64,000 nt of DNA from positions 7,504-71,503 of the forward strand of contig CALVYG010000004.1 in assembly GCA_944372095.1 (NCBI GenBank), read 5' to 3'. The notes beneath the pieces were generated by a model that worked only from the letters and a program-made list of their open reading frames with translations, was not told where the DNA came from and made no database searches. The translations under genes and the position numbers were made by a program. Shown here piece by piece: positions 36,867 through 47,700 of this stretch (position 1 is the stretch's first letter; each line of letters starts with the position of its first letter). The stretch is from an uncultured Clostridia bacterium. Lineage in GTDB: Bacteria; Bacillota; Clostridia; Christensenellales; DTU072.

Positions 36867-38039
36867 CTATAATCCGAACAATTCCGAAAGAGCGGATTCG
36901 TTAAGTTTACTGCCTATAACGCAGATTTTTCCAATAACGTCCGCGCTTCCTAAGCGAATGTCCTTTCCGTCGGGAATATAATCGAAATGAATCCATTCTC
37001 CGTCTCCGCGGACAATTCCTTTTGCCCTGAGAACCGTACCGAATTTTTCTTCGTTACCGAGATTGTCAAGTATATTTTCAAGCTTTTCGCGAGAGAAGAT
37101 ATTTGCTGTTTCCTTGCCCCAGGAAACGAAAACTTCGTCCGCATCGTGTCCGTGACGGTGATGATGACAATGCCCGTCTTCTTCACCGTGGTCGTGGTGG
37201 TAGCAGCAGTGTCCGTCCTCTTCACCGTGGTCGTGGTGATGGCAGCAGTGCCCGTCCTCTTCTTCGTGGTCATGGTGGTGGCAGCGGTGTCCGTCCTCTT
37301 CTTCGTGGTCGTGATGATGGCAGCGGTGCCCGTCCTCTTCACCGTGGCCGTGATGATGGCAGCGGTGTCCGTCCTCTTCGCCGTGGCCGTGATGATGACA
37401 GTGACGGTTTTCCTGTTCGGACATAAGTTCTTCCGTCATATGTTTCAGAGAAGAGCGTTTTTCCATTGCCGAAAGAATGTCTTTTCCGTCGAGTTCGCCG
37501 AGAGGGGACGCTACGACGGTAGCCTCGGGATTGTGTTCTTTTATAAACGCGAGAGATTCTGCGGTTTTTTCTTCCGGCGTTTCGTCGGTATGGCTTAAAA
37601 CCACGCAGTCCGCGTTTTCAAGTTGGTCAAGGAAAAATTCGCCGAAGTTTTTTGCGTACATAAGGCATTTTTTTGCGTTGACGACGGTTGTTTTTGAGTT
37701 GACTGAGATGCCGTCAAGTCCCTTTTCTACCGCTTTTTCGACATCGCTGAGTTTTCCGACGCCCGAGGGTTCGATAATTATTCTGTCGGGCGAAAATTGC
37801 GCCGTAACTTTTTGAAGAGCTTTTGCGAAGTCGCCTACAAGACTGCAACATATACAGCCGCTGTTCATTTCCGTTATTTCTATTCCCGCGTCGCGGAGAA
37901 ATCCGCCGTCAATACCTATTTCGCCGAATTCGTTTTCTATTAACACAACTTTTTCGTTTGCGAAAGCTTCTTTTATAAGTTTTTTAATCAAAGTAGTTTT
38001 CCCTGCGCCGAGAAAACCCGAAAAAATATCGATTTTCAT
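36867..38039 (-). CDS. COG0523 (CobW/YjiA/ZigA-like) metallochaperone GTPase with a His-rich insert
   Basis: Walker A GFLGAGKTTL, metal motif GCICCS, CobW C-terminal domain, and a His-rich insert at aa 213-298. Confidence 0.85.
   Translation of the reverse strand: MKIDIFSGFLGAGKTTLIKKLIKEAFANEKVVLIENEFGEIGIDGGFLRDAGIEITEMNSGCICCSLVGDFAKALQKVTAQFSPDRIIIEPSGVGKLSDVEKAVEKGLDGISVNSKTTVVNAKKCLMYAKNFGEFFLDQLENADCVVLSHTDETPEEKTAESLAFIKEHNPEATVVASPLGELDGKDILSAMEKRSSLKHMTEELMSEQENRHCHHHGHGEEDGHRCHHHGHGEEDGHRCHHHDHEEEDGHRCHHHDHEEEDGHCCHHHDHGEEDGHCCYHHDHGEEDGHCHHHRHGHDADEVFVSWGKETANIFSREKLENILDNLGNEEKFGTVLRAKGIVRGDGEWIHFDYIPDGKDIRLGSADVIGKICVIGSKLNESALSELFGL
37146..37403 (-). repeat. In-frame 39-bp (13-aa) tandem repeats encoding HHH[GD]H[GE]EEDGH[RC]C, about 6 copies
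   Basis: Read from the translation HCHHHGHGEEDGHRCHHHGHGEEDGHRCHHHDHEEEDGHRC..., and visible in the DNA as a repeated GTGGTCGTG(A/G)TGATGGCAGC(A/G)GTG unit. Confidence 0.9.
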
Positions 38040-38083
38040 AAAAATTACCTCCTGTTTTACAAAAATATTGTAAGATAATTCAG

Positions 38084-38761
38084 TTATTTATCGTCAAAAT
38101 CCTTACATTCGGACGGACGAAGGATAATCGTTTTACATTTTACGAGAGAAGCGAATTTTTCCGCGTCGGCCTTTATAGGCGGGAAAGTATCGTAGTGAAC
38201 GGGAATAACCGTATCGAAAGAAAAGAATTCGTTACAGATGAAAGCCGCTTTAAGAACGTCCGCCGTAAATCTGCCGCCGATAGGGATAAGCCCTACATCG
38301 GGACGGAAAAATTTATTTATAAGAGACATATCGGAAAACGCGTCTGTATCGCCTGCGTGATAAACGGTATGGTTTCCGATTTTAATAACAAACCCGCCGG
38401 GTTGACCGAGATACAATCCGTTTTCGGAAGAAGAGTGCATAGCCGGAACAAGTGAGAACGAAATATCGTCAAAGGTAAGCGTTCCGCCGAAATTCATTCC
38501 GTACAGGTTTTCAAAACCGTGCGAAGAAAGGTACGAACATAATTCGACAATACCTAAAATTTTAGTATTTTTCCCTGCAATCAGCGAAAGAGCCGCCGTA
38601 TGGTCGTCGTGTCCGTGAGTAATAGCGATAAAATCCGGGTGCATAAACTGCGGATACAATCTTATAACCGCGTCGGCGTTTCGGGTGAACGGGTCGATAA
38701 CAATGACTTTACCGTCGTGTTCAAGCATCACGCACGCGTGTTCGATAAACGTAAGTTTCAT
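38084..38761 (-). CDS. MBL-fold metal-dependent hydrolase (UPF0173/YtkL-like)
   Basis: ITHGHDDH motif. 225 aa. First gene of the apparent MBL-COG0523-NTPase operon. Confidence 0.75.
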   Translation of the reverse strand: MKLTFIEHACVMLEHDGKVIVIDPFTRNADAVIRLYPQFMHPDFIAITHGHDDHTAALSLIAGKNTKILGIVELCSYLSSHGFENLYGMNFGGTLTFDDISFSLVPAMHSSSENGLYLGQPGGFVIKIGNHTVYHAGDTDAFSDMSLINKFFRPDVGLIPIGGRFTADVLKAAFICNEFFSFDTVIPVHYDTFPPIKADAEKFASLVKCKTIILRPSECKDFDDK

Positions 38762-38916
38762 TTTACCTCCGAAACAATAGTTAAAACTTTTTATAATTAT
38801 AGCACAATAAAAACGCTATTACAAACGAAAGAAAAAGAGTATCTTCAATACGGTTGCGTTTTTTTCAGGTTTTGTTATAATGAGAATATAAATTTATTCA
38901 AAGGAGAAGAAAACCG

Positions 38917-40065
38917 TTGAGCAAGGTATTCGATTTAATAAAGAAAGAAGAAAAGCGTCAGAAAAAGAACGTAGAACTCATAGCGAGTGAAAATTTTTGC
39001 AGTAAAGACATAATGAAAGCGGTAGGCAGCTGCCTGACGAACAAATACAGCGAAGGCTATCCCGGAAAACGTTATTACGGCGGATGCGAGGTTGTGGACG
39101 AAATAGAAAGTTATTGTATCGAGACGTGGAAAAAGGTATTCAATACCGATTATCACGTAAACGTCCAGCCGCACAGCGGTTCGAGCGCGAATCTCGCTGT
39201 ATATCAGGCGTTGCTTGTGCCGGGGGACAAGGTATTGAGTATGGAACTCAATAACGGAAGCCATCTCACGCACGGGTCGGCGGTGAACGCAAGCGGAAAA
39301 TTATACGATTTTTCATTTTACGGCGTAGACGACAGGGGATATATCGATTATGAGGACGCACGGAAAAAAGCGTTGGAAATCCGTCCTAAACTGATAGTCG
39401 CGGGAGCAAGCGCATATTCGAGGATAATAGATTTTGCAAAGTTTGCGGATATAGCGAAAGAAGTAGGCGCGCTGTTTATGGTGGATATAGCGCATATAGC
39501 GGGACTTGTGGCTACGGGATACCATCCTACGCCGTTCGGATACGCAGACGTAGTGACAACGACAACGCATAAAACGTTACGCGGACCGAGAGGCGGATTG
39601 ATTTTCTGCAAAGAAGAACTCGCTAAGAAAATCGACAGCGCGATATTCCCCGGAACCCAAGGCGGACCCTTACAACACGTAATAGCGGGGAAAGCCATTG
39701 CCGCGGAAGAGGCGTTAAGACCCGAATATAAGGAATATATAGGGAATGTGGTAAAGAATTGCCGCGCTATGGCGGAAGAGTTCGTTAAAATGGGTTATAA
39801 AGTCGTTACGGGCGGAACGGATAACCATCTTTTCCTCGTAGATTTGACGGATAAAGGAGTAAGCGGAAAGGAAGTTCAGGAAGCTTGCGATAAAGAAGGA
39901 ATAACGCTTAATAAAAACTGCGTTCCTAACGAAACCCGTTCTCCGATGCAAACCAGCGGCGTGAGAATCGGAACCGCGGCTATGACGACAAAAGGGTATA
40001 AAGAAGAAGATTTCGTCGAAATTGCTCATAAAATTGACGAAATTATAAAGAATATAAGCAAATAA
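38917..40065 (+). CDS. glyA: Serine hydroxymethyltransferase
   Basis: ELIASENF; PLP-lysine region [19 protein letters not shown] start after AAAGGAGAAG. Confidence 0.9.
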   Translation: MSKVFDLIKKEEKRQKKNVELIASENFCSKDIMKAVGSCLTNKYSEGYPGKRYYGGCEVVDEIESYCIETWKKVFNTDYHVNVQPHSGSSANLAVYQALLVPGDKVLSMELNNGSHLTHGSAVNASGKLYDFSFYGVDDRGYIDYEDARKKALEIRPKLIVAGASAYSRIIDFAKFADIAKEVGALFMVDIAHIAGLVATGYHPTPFGYADVVTTTTHKTLRGPRGGLIFCKEELAKKIDSAIFPGTQGGPLQHVIAGKAIAAEEALRPEYKEYIGNVVKNCRAMAEEFVKMGYKVVTGGTDNHLFLVDLTDKGVSGKEVQEACDKEGITLNKNCVPNETRSPMQTSGVRIGTAAMTTKGYKEEDFVEIAHKIDEIIKNISK

Positions 40066-40117
40066 GCTATAATTAAGAATCGGATGTAAGAATTATAGCA
40101 GAGAAGGAGGAACAGCT

Positions 40118-40582
40118 ATGAAAGGAAATTTTAACCTGCTTGCCGTTACTACTGTACAATGGGTAATAATCGTTATTGTCGCAGTAATAGTATTTGCGAT
40201 AATAATGCATTTTGTCAACAGAGCGTTCAGAATAAGATACGACCTTAATCTTTTGGGCGGCGGATTGTTGATGATACTTTCGGCAGGCGCGGGTGTTGGA
40301 GGATATTTTCTCGTAAAAGACGGAAACAATTTCGGTTTTGCGCTTTTTGCGGTGGCGGCGATACTTATTATTCTGACGCTTATTTACGATTGTAAAAAAT
40401 GCGGCGCAATGGGTGTAGTCGCTTTGATTTGCCAGATTCTGTTTTCGGTAGGTTCTTTACTTATATTAATTGAGTTCTTCACCAATCACGGATATGTCAG
40501 AGGAAAATCGACGGAAGATTGGAAAGTAAGAAAAGCAAGAGAAAGACTCGGTTACGATAAAAAGGACGATTATTACCGATAA
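40118..40582 (+). CDS. Hypothetical membrane protein (about 4 TM helices)
   Basis: Strong RBS GAAGGAGG. Hydrophobic segments. No motif recognised. Confidence 0.5.
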   Translation: MKGNFNLLAVTTVQWVIIVIVAVIVFAIIMHFVNRAFRIRYDLNLLGGGLLMILSAGAGVGGYFLVKDGNNFGFALFAVAAILIILTLIYDCKKCGAMGVVALICQILFSVGSLLILIEFFTNHGYVRGKSTEDWKVRKARERLGYDKKDDYYR

Positions 40583-40717
40583 TTTTACAAAACTCTATTT
40601 TACCGTGAGAGGGACCCCCCTCTCACTTTTTATTTAACTGCGAGAGGGAACTCCCTCCCACTTTTTATTTTACTGTGAGAGGGAAACCGATTTTGTAAAA
40701 TCTGTTCTCCCTCTCGC
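40582..40717. repeat. Three tandem ~35-bp GAGAGGG...CCCTCTC hairpin repeats, bracketed by an 11-bp inverted repeat
   Basis: GTGAGAGGG-ACCCC-CCCTCTCAC-TTTTT at 40605-40631, GCGAGAGGGAACTCCCTCCCAC-TTTTT at 40640-40666, and GTGAGAGGGAA...TTCTCCCTCTCGC at 40675-40717. ATTTTACAAAA (40582-40592) pairs with TTTTGTAAAAT (40691-40701). Confidence 0.8.
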
Positions 40718-40982
40718 GCTCTCCTTTCCCTAAAACTTCATTATTTATATTTTTATATATCCGCTTTTTTTTTTCGCGTTCTTTGAATAGGGTGAATTAT
40801 ATGGATATTTTATCCTTATCAATAACTTTATTATCAGTATAAACCTAAATAAGCGGATAAAATAAACCGATAAAAGCAAAGATTTTCGGGAAGGGGGAGT
40901 CCGAGGGGGATAACCGATTTTTTCCAAAAGCGGGTTCTCCCTCGGATAACCCAATACTTCCCTCGAATATTATTTGGAAGAA

Positions 40983-41459
40983 TCAAAGATATAAAAGAAT
41001 TTCCGAATAAGCTTTAACGAGAGTATCGAAAGGAACCGCGCAGTTGGCAGGGCTGGGACTGGGTAAAAGAGAAGGCGTTTCACCCGTGAAACGAAGATAA
41101 AGGTTAAAAGCAGTTTTACCTGTTGTAAAAACGCGTTTAATATCGGCGGAACGGAAAATTAAGGAAAAATCGTTAGGCAAAGCGTTTTTTATCGAAGTAT
41201 CGGAAGCGCCGTTAATATCGCAAGAAGAGATAACGTCCCAAAGTGCAATTTTTTTATCGAGAAGAAACGCGCGTTTTTTGTCGGCGGAATCGGGAACGGG
41301 TTCGTTGAAGATTGCCGAAAGTACGCGCCAGAAACGGTTCTGAGGGTGCGCGTAATAAAATCCGTTTTTACGGGAGACGGGAGACGGTATACTTCCGAGG
41401 ATAAGCACGCGGCTTTTCTCGTCGAAAACCGGTTTCAGGGTGTGAAAAACTTTTTCCAT
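40983..41459 (-). CDS. UDG-superfamily DNA glycosylase (deoxyinosine/hypoxanthine glycosylase-like)
   Basis: LILGSIPSPVSRKNGFYYAHPQNRFW N-terminal motif. 158 aa. Confidence 0.6.
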   Translation of the reverse strand: MEKVFHTLKPVFDEKSRVLILGSIPSPVSRKNGFYYAHPQNRFWRVLSAIFNEPVPDSADKKRAFLLDKKIALWDVISSCDINGASDTSIKNALPNDFSLIFRSADIKRVFTTGKTAFNLYLRFTGETPSLLPSPSPANCAVPFDTLVKAYSEILLYL

Positions 41460-41554
41460 AACGGTAGAATTATACTATGTATAAGGGCGGTTTTGCAAGA
41501 AGAGGAAAACAAAAGTAAAAATTCAGAAAAGAGGAAAAAAATTTTTTCATATAT

Positions 41555-43020
<1,466 letters not shown>

Positions 43021-43052
43021 AAACAGGAGCCGTAAATCGGAGAACGACACAA

Positions 43053-44513
43053 ATGAAAATCGGTTTCGACAACGCTTTATACATAAAGAAGCAAGCGGAA
43101 AAAATCACCGAAAGAATAAACCGTTTCGACAAACTTTACCTTGAATTCGGCGGTAAACTTTTCGACGACCTGCATGCGGCGAGGATACTTCCGGGGTTTG
43201 ACCCTAACGTGAAAACAAAAATGCTTCTTACGCTTAAAGACAAACTGGAAGTAATATTCTGTATAAGCGCGCCGGCATTGGAACAGAACAAGAGAAGAGC
43301 AGATTTCGGCATAACATACGACGCGGACCTGATAAGGCTTGTAGGAAATCTGAGAGACATAGGGATATATGTAGGAAGCGTAGTGATAACGCAGTTCAGC
43401 GGACAAGGCGCGGCGGTAGCGTTCAAAAACAAACTTGAAAGAATGGGCGAACGCGTTTATATCCATCAACTGACAAAGGGATATCCGAGCGACGTGGATA
43501 CAATAGTGAGCGACGAAGGATACGGAGCGAATCCGTATATAGAAACAACGAAACCTTTGGTGGTTGTAACGGCACCCGGACCCGGGAGCGGAAAACTCGC
43601 AACGTGTTTATCACAGCTTTATCACGAGTATAAGCGAGGAATAAAAGCGGGATATGCAAAATACGAGTCGTTTCCTGTATGGAATCTGCCGCTTTCTCAT
43701 CCCGTGAACGTTGCTTATGAAGCTGCTACGGCGGATTTGCAGGATTTCAATATGATAGACTCGTTCCACCTTGACGCTTACGGAATAAGTACGGTAAACT
43801 ACAACAGAGACATTTCGGTATTTCCCGTCGTGAAAAACATACTTAAACGCATATTGGGAGAAGAGATATATAAATCTCCCACCGATATGGGCGTGAATAT
43901 GATAGGATACGCAATCACTGACGATGAAGTAGTCAGAGAAGCGAGCAGACAGGAAATAATCAGACGGTATTATCAGACTCTTTGCGACTATAAACAAGGC
44001 AGAGCGTCGCAAGAAACGGTGCAAAGAGCGGAAATGCTTATGAGCAGTCAGAACCTTACACCGTCGGACAGAAAAGTCGTGAGCGCGGCGTTGAAGAAAG
44101 AAAAAGAGAGGAAATGTCCTGCGTGCGCTTTACAGTTACCCGACGGCTCGATAGTCAGAGGAAGAAACGGAGAAGCGTTGGACGCGGCGGCGGCGGTTGT
44201 CATTAACGCCATGAAAAAATATATTAACGTCAGTCAGAAACAGCTTCTGCTTTCGCCTTGGGTGATAGAGCCTATACAGAATCTTAAAAAGAACGTGCTG
44301 AAAGACAAAAGGATTGCGCTGAACCTGAGCGAAGTTCTGGTTGCGCTTGCCGTCAGTATACCGATGAACACCACGATTGCCGAGATTATGAACAATCTTA
44401 ACGTCCTTGACGGATGCGAAGCCCACAGCACGGTTATGCTTGACGAAACCGAAATGCAATCTTTGAGAAAACTCGGTATCAGAATGACTTGCGAACCGGA
44501 ATATACCTATTAA
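43053..44513 (+). CDS. UPF0371 / DUF1846 family protein
   Basis: MKIGFDNALYIKKQ...LYLEFGGKLFDDLHAARILPGF N-terminus, characteristic of this family (from memory). Confidence 0.65.
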   Translation: MKIGFDNALYIKKQAEKITERINRFDKLYLEFGGKLFDDLHAARILPGFDPNVKTKMLLTLKDKLEVIFCISAPALEQNKRRADFGITYDADLIRLVGNLRDIGIYVGSVVITQFSGQGAAVAFKNKLERMGERVYIHQLTKGYPSDVDTIVSDEGYGANPYIETTKPLVVVTAPGPGSGKLATCLSQLYHEYKRGIKAGYAKYESFPVWNLPLSHPVNVAYEAATADLQDFNMIDSFHLDAYGISTVNYNRDISVFPVVKNILKRILGEEIYKSPTDMGVNMIGYAITDDEVVREASRQEIIRRYYQTLCDYKQGRASQETVQRAEMLMSSQNLTPSDRKVVSAALKKEKERKCPACALQLPDGSIVRGRNGEALDAAAAVVINAMKKYINVSQKQLLLSPWVIEPIQNLKKNVLKDKRIALNLSEVLVALAVSIPMNTTIAEIMNNLNVLDGCEAHSTVMLDETEMQSLRKLGIRMTCEPEYTY

Positions 44514-44543
44514 AAATCCGATAGTTACGCAGATTTATCAATC

Positions 44544-44569
44544 GCCCGAAACTCGTTTTCGGGCATTTT
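44544..44569 (+). terminator. Intrinsic terminator
   Basis: GCCCGAAA-CTCG-TTTCGGGC followed by ATTTT. Confidence 0.7.
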
Positions 44570-44644
44570 CATAAACAATTATTTATAATTTTTACATCAA
44601 ATTTTTTATTTTTATAATTGTAATCAAACTGTACTTTTCGGCGC

Positions 44645-44673
44645 TTGACAACATATTCTGAAAATAGTATGAT
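44645..44673 (+). promoter_or_regulatory. SigA promoter of the giant lipoprotein gene
   Basis: TTGACA, 17-nt spacer, TATGAT. Confidence 0.65.
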
Positions 44674-44722
44674 TTAATTAATCTACCAAAATGGTAGTAA
44701 AACCAAAAAGAGAGGAGCGATT

Positions 44723-47700
44723 ATGAGCGGCAGGGTTGTAAAAATCGGGAAAGCGACGGTGAAAAAAATTCTGCTTACCGTGGTACTGTTAACTTTAATA
44801 TTTTCATTGACCACGGCGTGCGGATTTATGGGGGAAGAAGATAAAAAGGGAGACGGAAAGATTCCTTCGGCAGAATTCGAGATAGAAGAAATAGTAGGAC
44901 TTGACGAATTTGACGTCGATATAAATGAAAAAACGGTATCGGCGTCGGTGAGTTCGTCTACAAGCAAATTCGACCTCGGTTCGATAAAATTTGCGGGAGG
45001 GGACGAGCTTTTAGAGTATAAATTTTATACCGACGAAAGCCTTACGGAAGAGATAAAAGGAAGCGAATACTCGCTTTCGACGGGAGAAAACGTATTTTAC
45101 GTAACCGTTGCGCTTAAAAACAATCCGTCCGTTAAATTTACATATAAGTTTGTAATAAACAAGGAAAAGCGTGAGGGAGGAATTGAGATAGAAATTCCGA
45201 CGGTAACAGACGACTCGGTTATAGAATCTGCGGAATATAAATACGAAGTACCGTTAAAAACCGACCTTACCGCGCAAGAACTTGCCGATTTCATAAAGAC
45301 GAATTATGCGGAAATAGGCGCGATTTTTGTCGGTTGCGGAACGGAAGAATTCGATAACGAAATGGACGAACTCGCAAAAGACGATAACTTTAAGATAGTG
45401 GCGGATATGTTGGCGGAAAGCGGAGTATCACAAAAGACTTTATCGTCCGTCGGATTAAAAACGGCAGAGCTTTACGACACGATTCTTTCGGAATTTAAAA
45501 ATATATCTAACGGAAGCGGAACCATAGAGGAAATTTTAAAAAATTATCTTACCGCCGAAAATTTGGAAACGGTATTCGGAACGTTAAGCGGAGTGATATC
45601 CGAATTCGACGCAGATATGATTATTACGTTTACCGATAAGGTATTGAATTACGGTTACGACGGAGTTTATAATTTTTATTTAGATTACAATTACGGCACA
45701 ATAGAACTTACGGAAGAAGAAATTCAGGGGTATCTGAACAAAGTCGGAATTAATTACGATTTGTCTTTATCAAAGGAGTTAAACGGTAAATCGTATATAG
45801 GAAAAATTCTGAAATCCAACAGTGCGGTATACGTAATAGAAAATACGTTGGAAGGAATAAAATCGGTAAACAACGCGGACTTTGCCGCATTGGAAAAAAC
45901 CGTTCCTTTGATAATCGAAGCAATGGAAAACGAAGAAGGAATAGGCGGATTGGTATCGAGCGGAACGGTATCGTATAAAACTCTCGTCAGTGCGATAAAT
46001 ACGTTAGCAGGGTTCGGGAACGTAATAGCGGACGGTATGGGCGATGCGGTGAGATTCGATACGGCGTTTAACGCCGCCCTTGAAAAGTGCTTTGCAGTCG
46101 GAGGAACGAAATTTACAGGCTTTCCTACATATGGGTGGTTACAGACAATAAAGTTTATTTTAGAAAAAGCAGAAAATGTAGAAACGAGAGTGGTGACAGA
46201 CTTTTATCTCGATATTGACGATTTTTCAAAGGAACAGGACGAAAACAAGCGGAATGAAAAATTGGGCGCATTCATAGTAAAAGCCGCGGAATGGCTTAAT
46301 GCGGACGAAGGAGTAAGTCAAACCGTATTGTATTTCGTAACGGAATTTATCGAATTGATAAGCGAAGGTATACCGGCAGAAAAATTCGTCGATTTGTGGG
46401 AAGACGCAACTATGAAACCGTTGGAAGAATTTTCAGCCGGTGAGCTTGCGGACATTGCTTTGCGTATCGTCAATGCCGAATCGGAATATGACGCAATTTT
46501 TTACGGTTCGGGAATGATTAAAATCAATCCTTCCGAGTCGGATATGAAAAAATATGTAAAGAGATACTTTGAATATTATTATTTCGACGAAAATATTGAT
46601 TTTGATTTTTGCGATTACGAATTTACGGAAAAGAACGAAAATATCGGAAGCATAGTAATGTCGTACGGTACGGCCAAATATTTGATATACGTATATCTTT
46701 ATGACCCCGCGGATACCGACAGATATATTATTACATATCAGGTCGGGAACAGGATGATGACGGTTGATACGAAATATTGGTATAATGATTATTTTTGCTA
46801 TTCCAGATTTGAAATTTATTTGTTCGATAAAGAAACCGGGTATTCGGTAAATATCGGAGATTATTCCGATGTTGTTTATACGGAATCTGATTTTACTTCG
46901 GTCGGAGTAAGCGTAACGTCGGTCGAATATGTTTCGGACAATTTCGGAACGGTAATAATCCCCGTTCTTTACGTCGGGTACGACGATAACGAGCCTTATG
47001 TTACGGGTATAAACACAAATACAAACGTGTGGGTTCCGCTGGGAGCGGAATTAGGGGATATAAAGGTCGAATTGCAGTACAATCGGTTACAGTCCGGCGA
47101 GTATGTTTCTCTTGACGACGATATGTTCGTTGTATCGGGTTTCGATTCTTCCGTTGCGGGCGAAAAAAGCATGACCGTTAAGGTAGGTAAATTTATTAAC
47201 GTTCTCAACTATACGGTTGTTTCGGAAGAATATATCCTCGAACATAATCAGTTTAATTTCTACGGAATTTCACAATATTCCGATAGCGGAGAATACTACG
47301 TCGGAAGATTTGAATATGACGCCGAAAACGGAGTATATAACTTGTTTTCCGTTGTCATGCCAGGAGAACAGTTAGAGTTTACTGTCGGAGAACAAAATTA
47401 CGACGTCTATACGTTAGACGAGCTTACGAAACGTTTCGCCAATATGGGAATTGTTCTTACGCATAACTTTGTCAGCGTAATAGATAACGAGCAACGTTCG
47501 TTCGATATAACGCTGTCATATATCGGCGGAGAAGTAATCGACGTTATTCACATATTCGATTACATTGTTAAGGAAGACCAAGATGAAGCCGCAATCAGAG
47601 TCGTAAAAGGATTGGAATACATTTACAATGCCGTAAACGATGCGAATTATACGGGAAAACTGGGGATAGATTTTGATGTAACGGCTTATAACGGAAATCG

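Noticed and set aside
36950-37598. ORFs 36950-37342, 36987-37598 and 37103-37426 with repetitive T/K/R or V/M-rich translations.
   Set aside because: They are alternative-frame or antisense readings of the 39-bp His-rich repeat inside the COG0523 gene.
40745-40954. 69-aa ORF in the intergenic region between the membrane-protein gene and the glycosylase gene.
   Set aside because: There is no RBS, it spans AT-rich and hairpin-repeat DNA, and the peptide is proline/lysine-rich and implausible.
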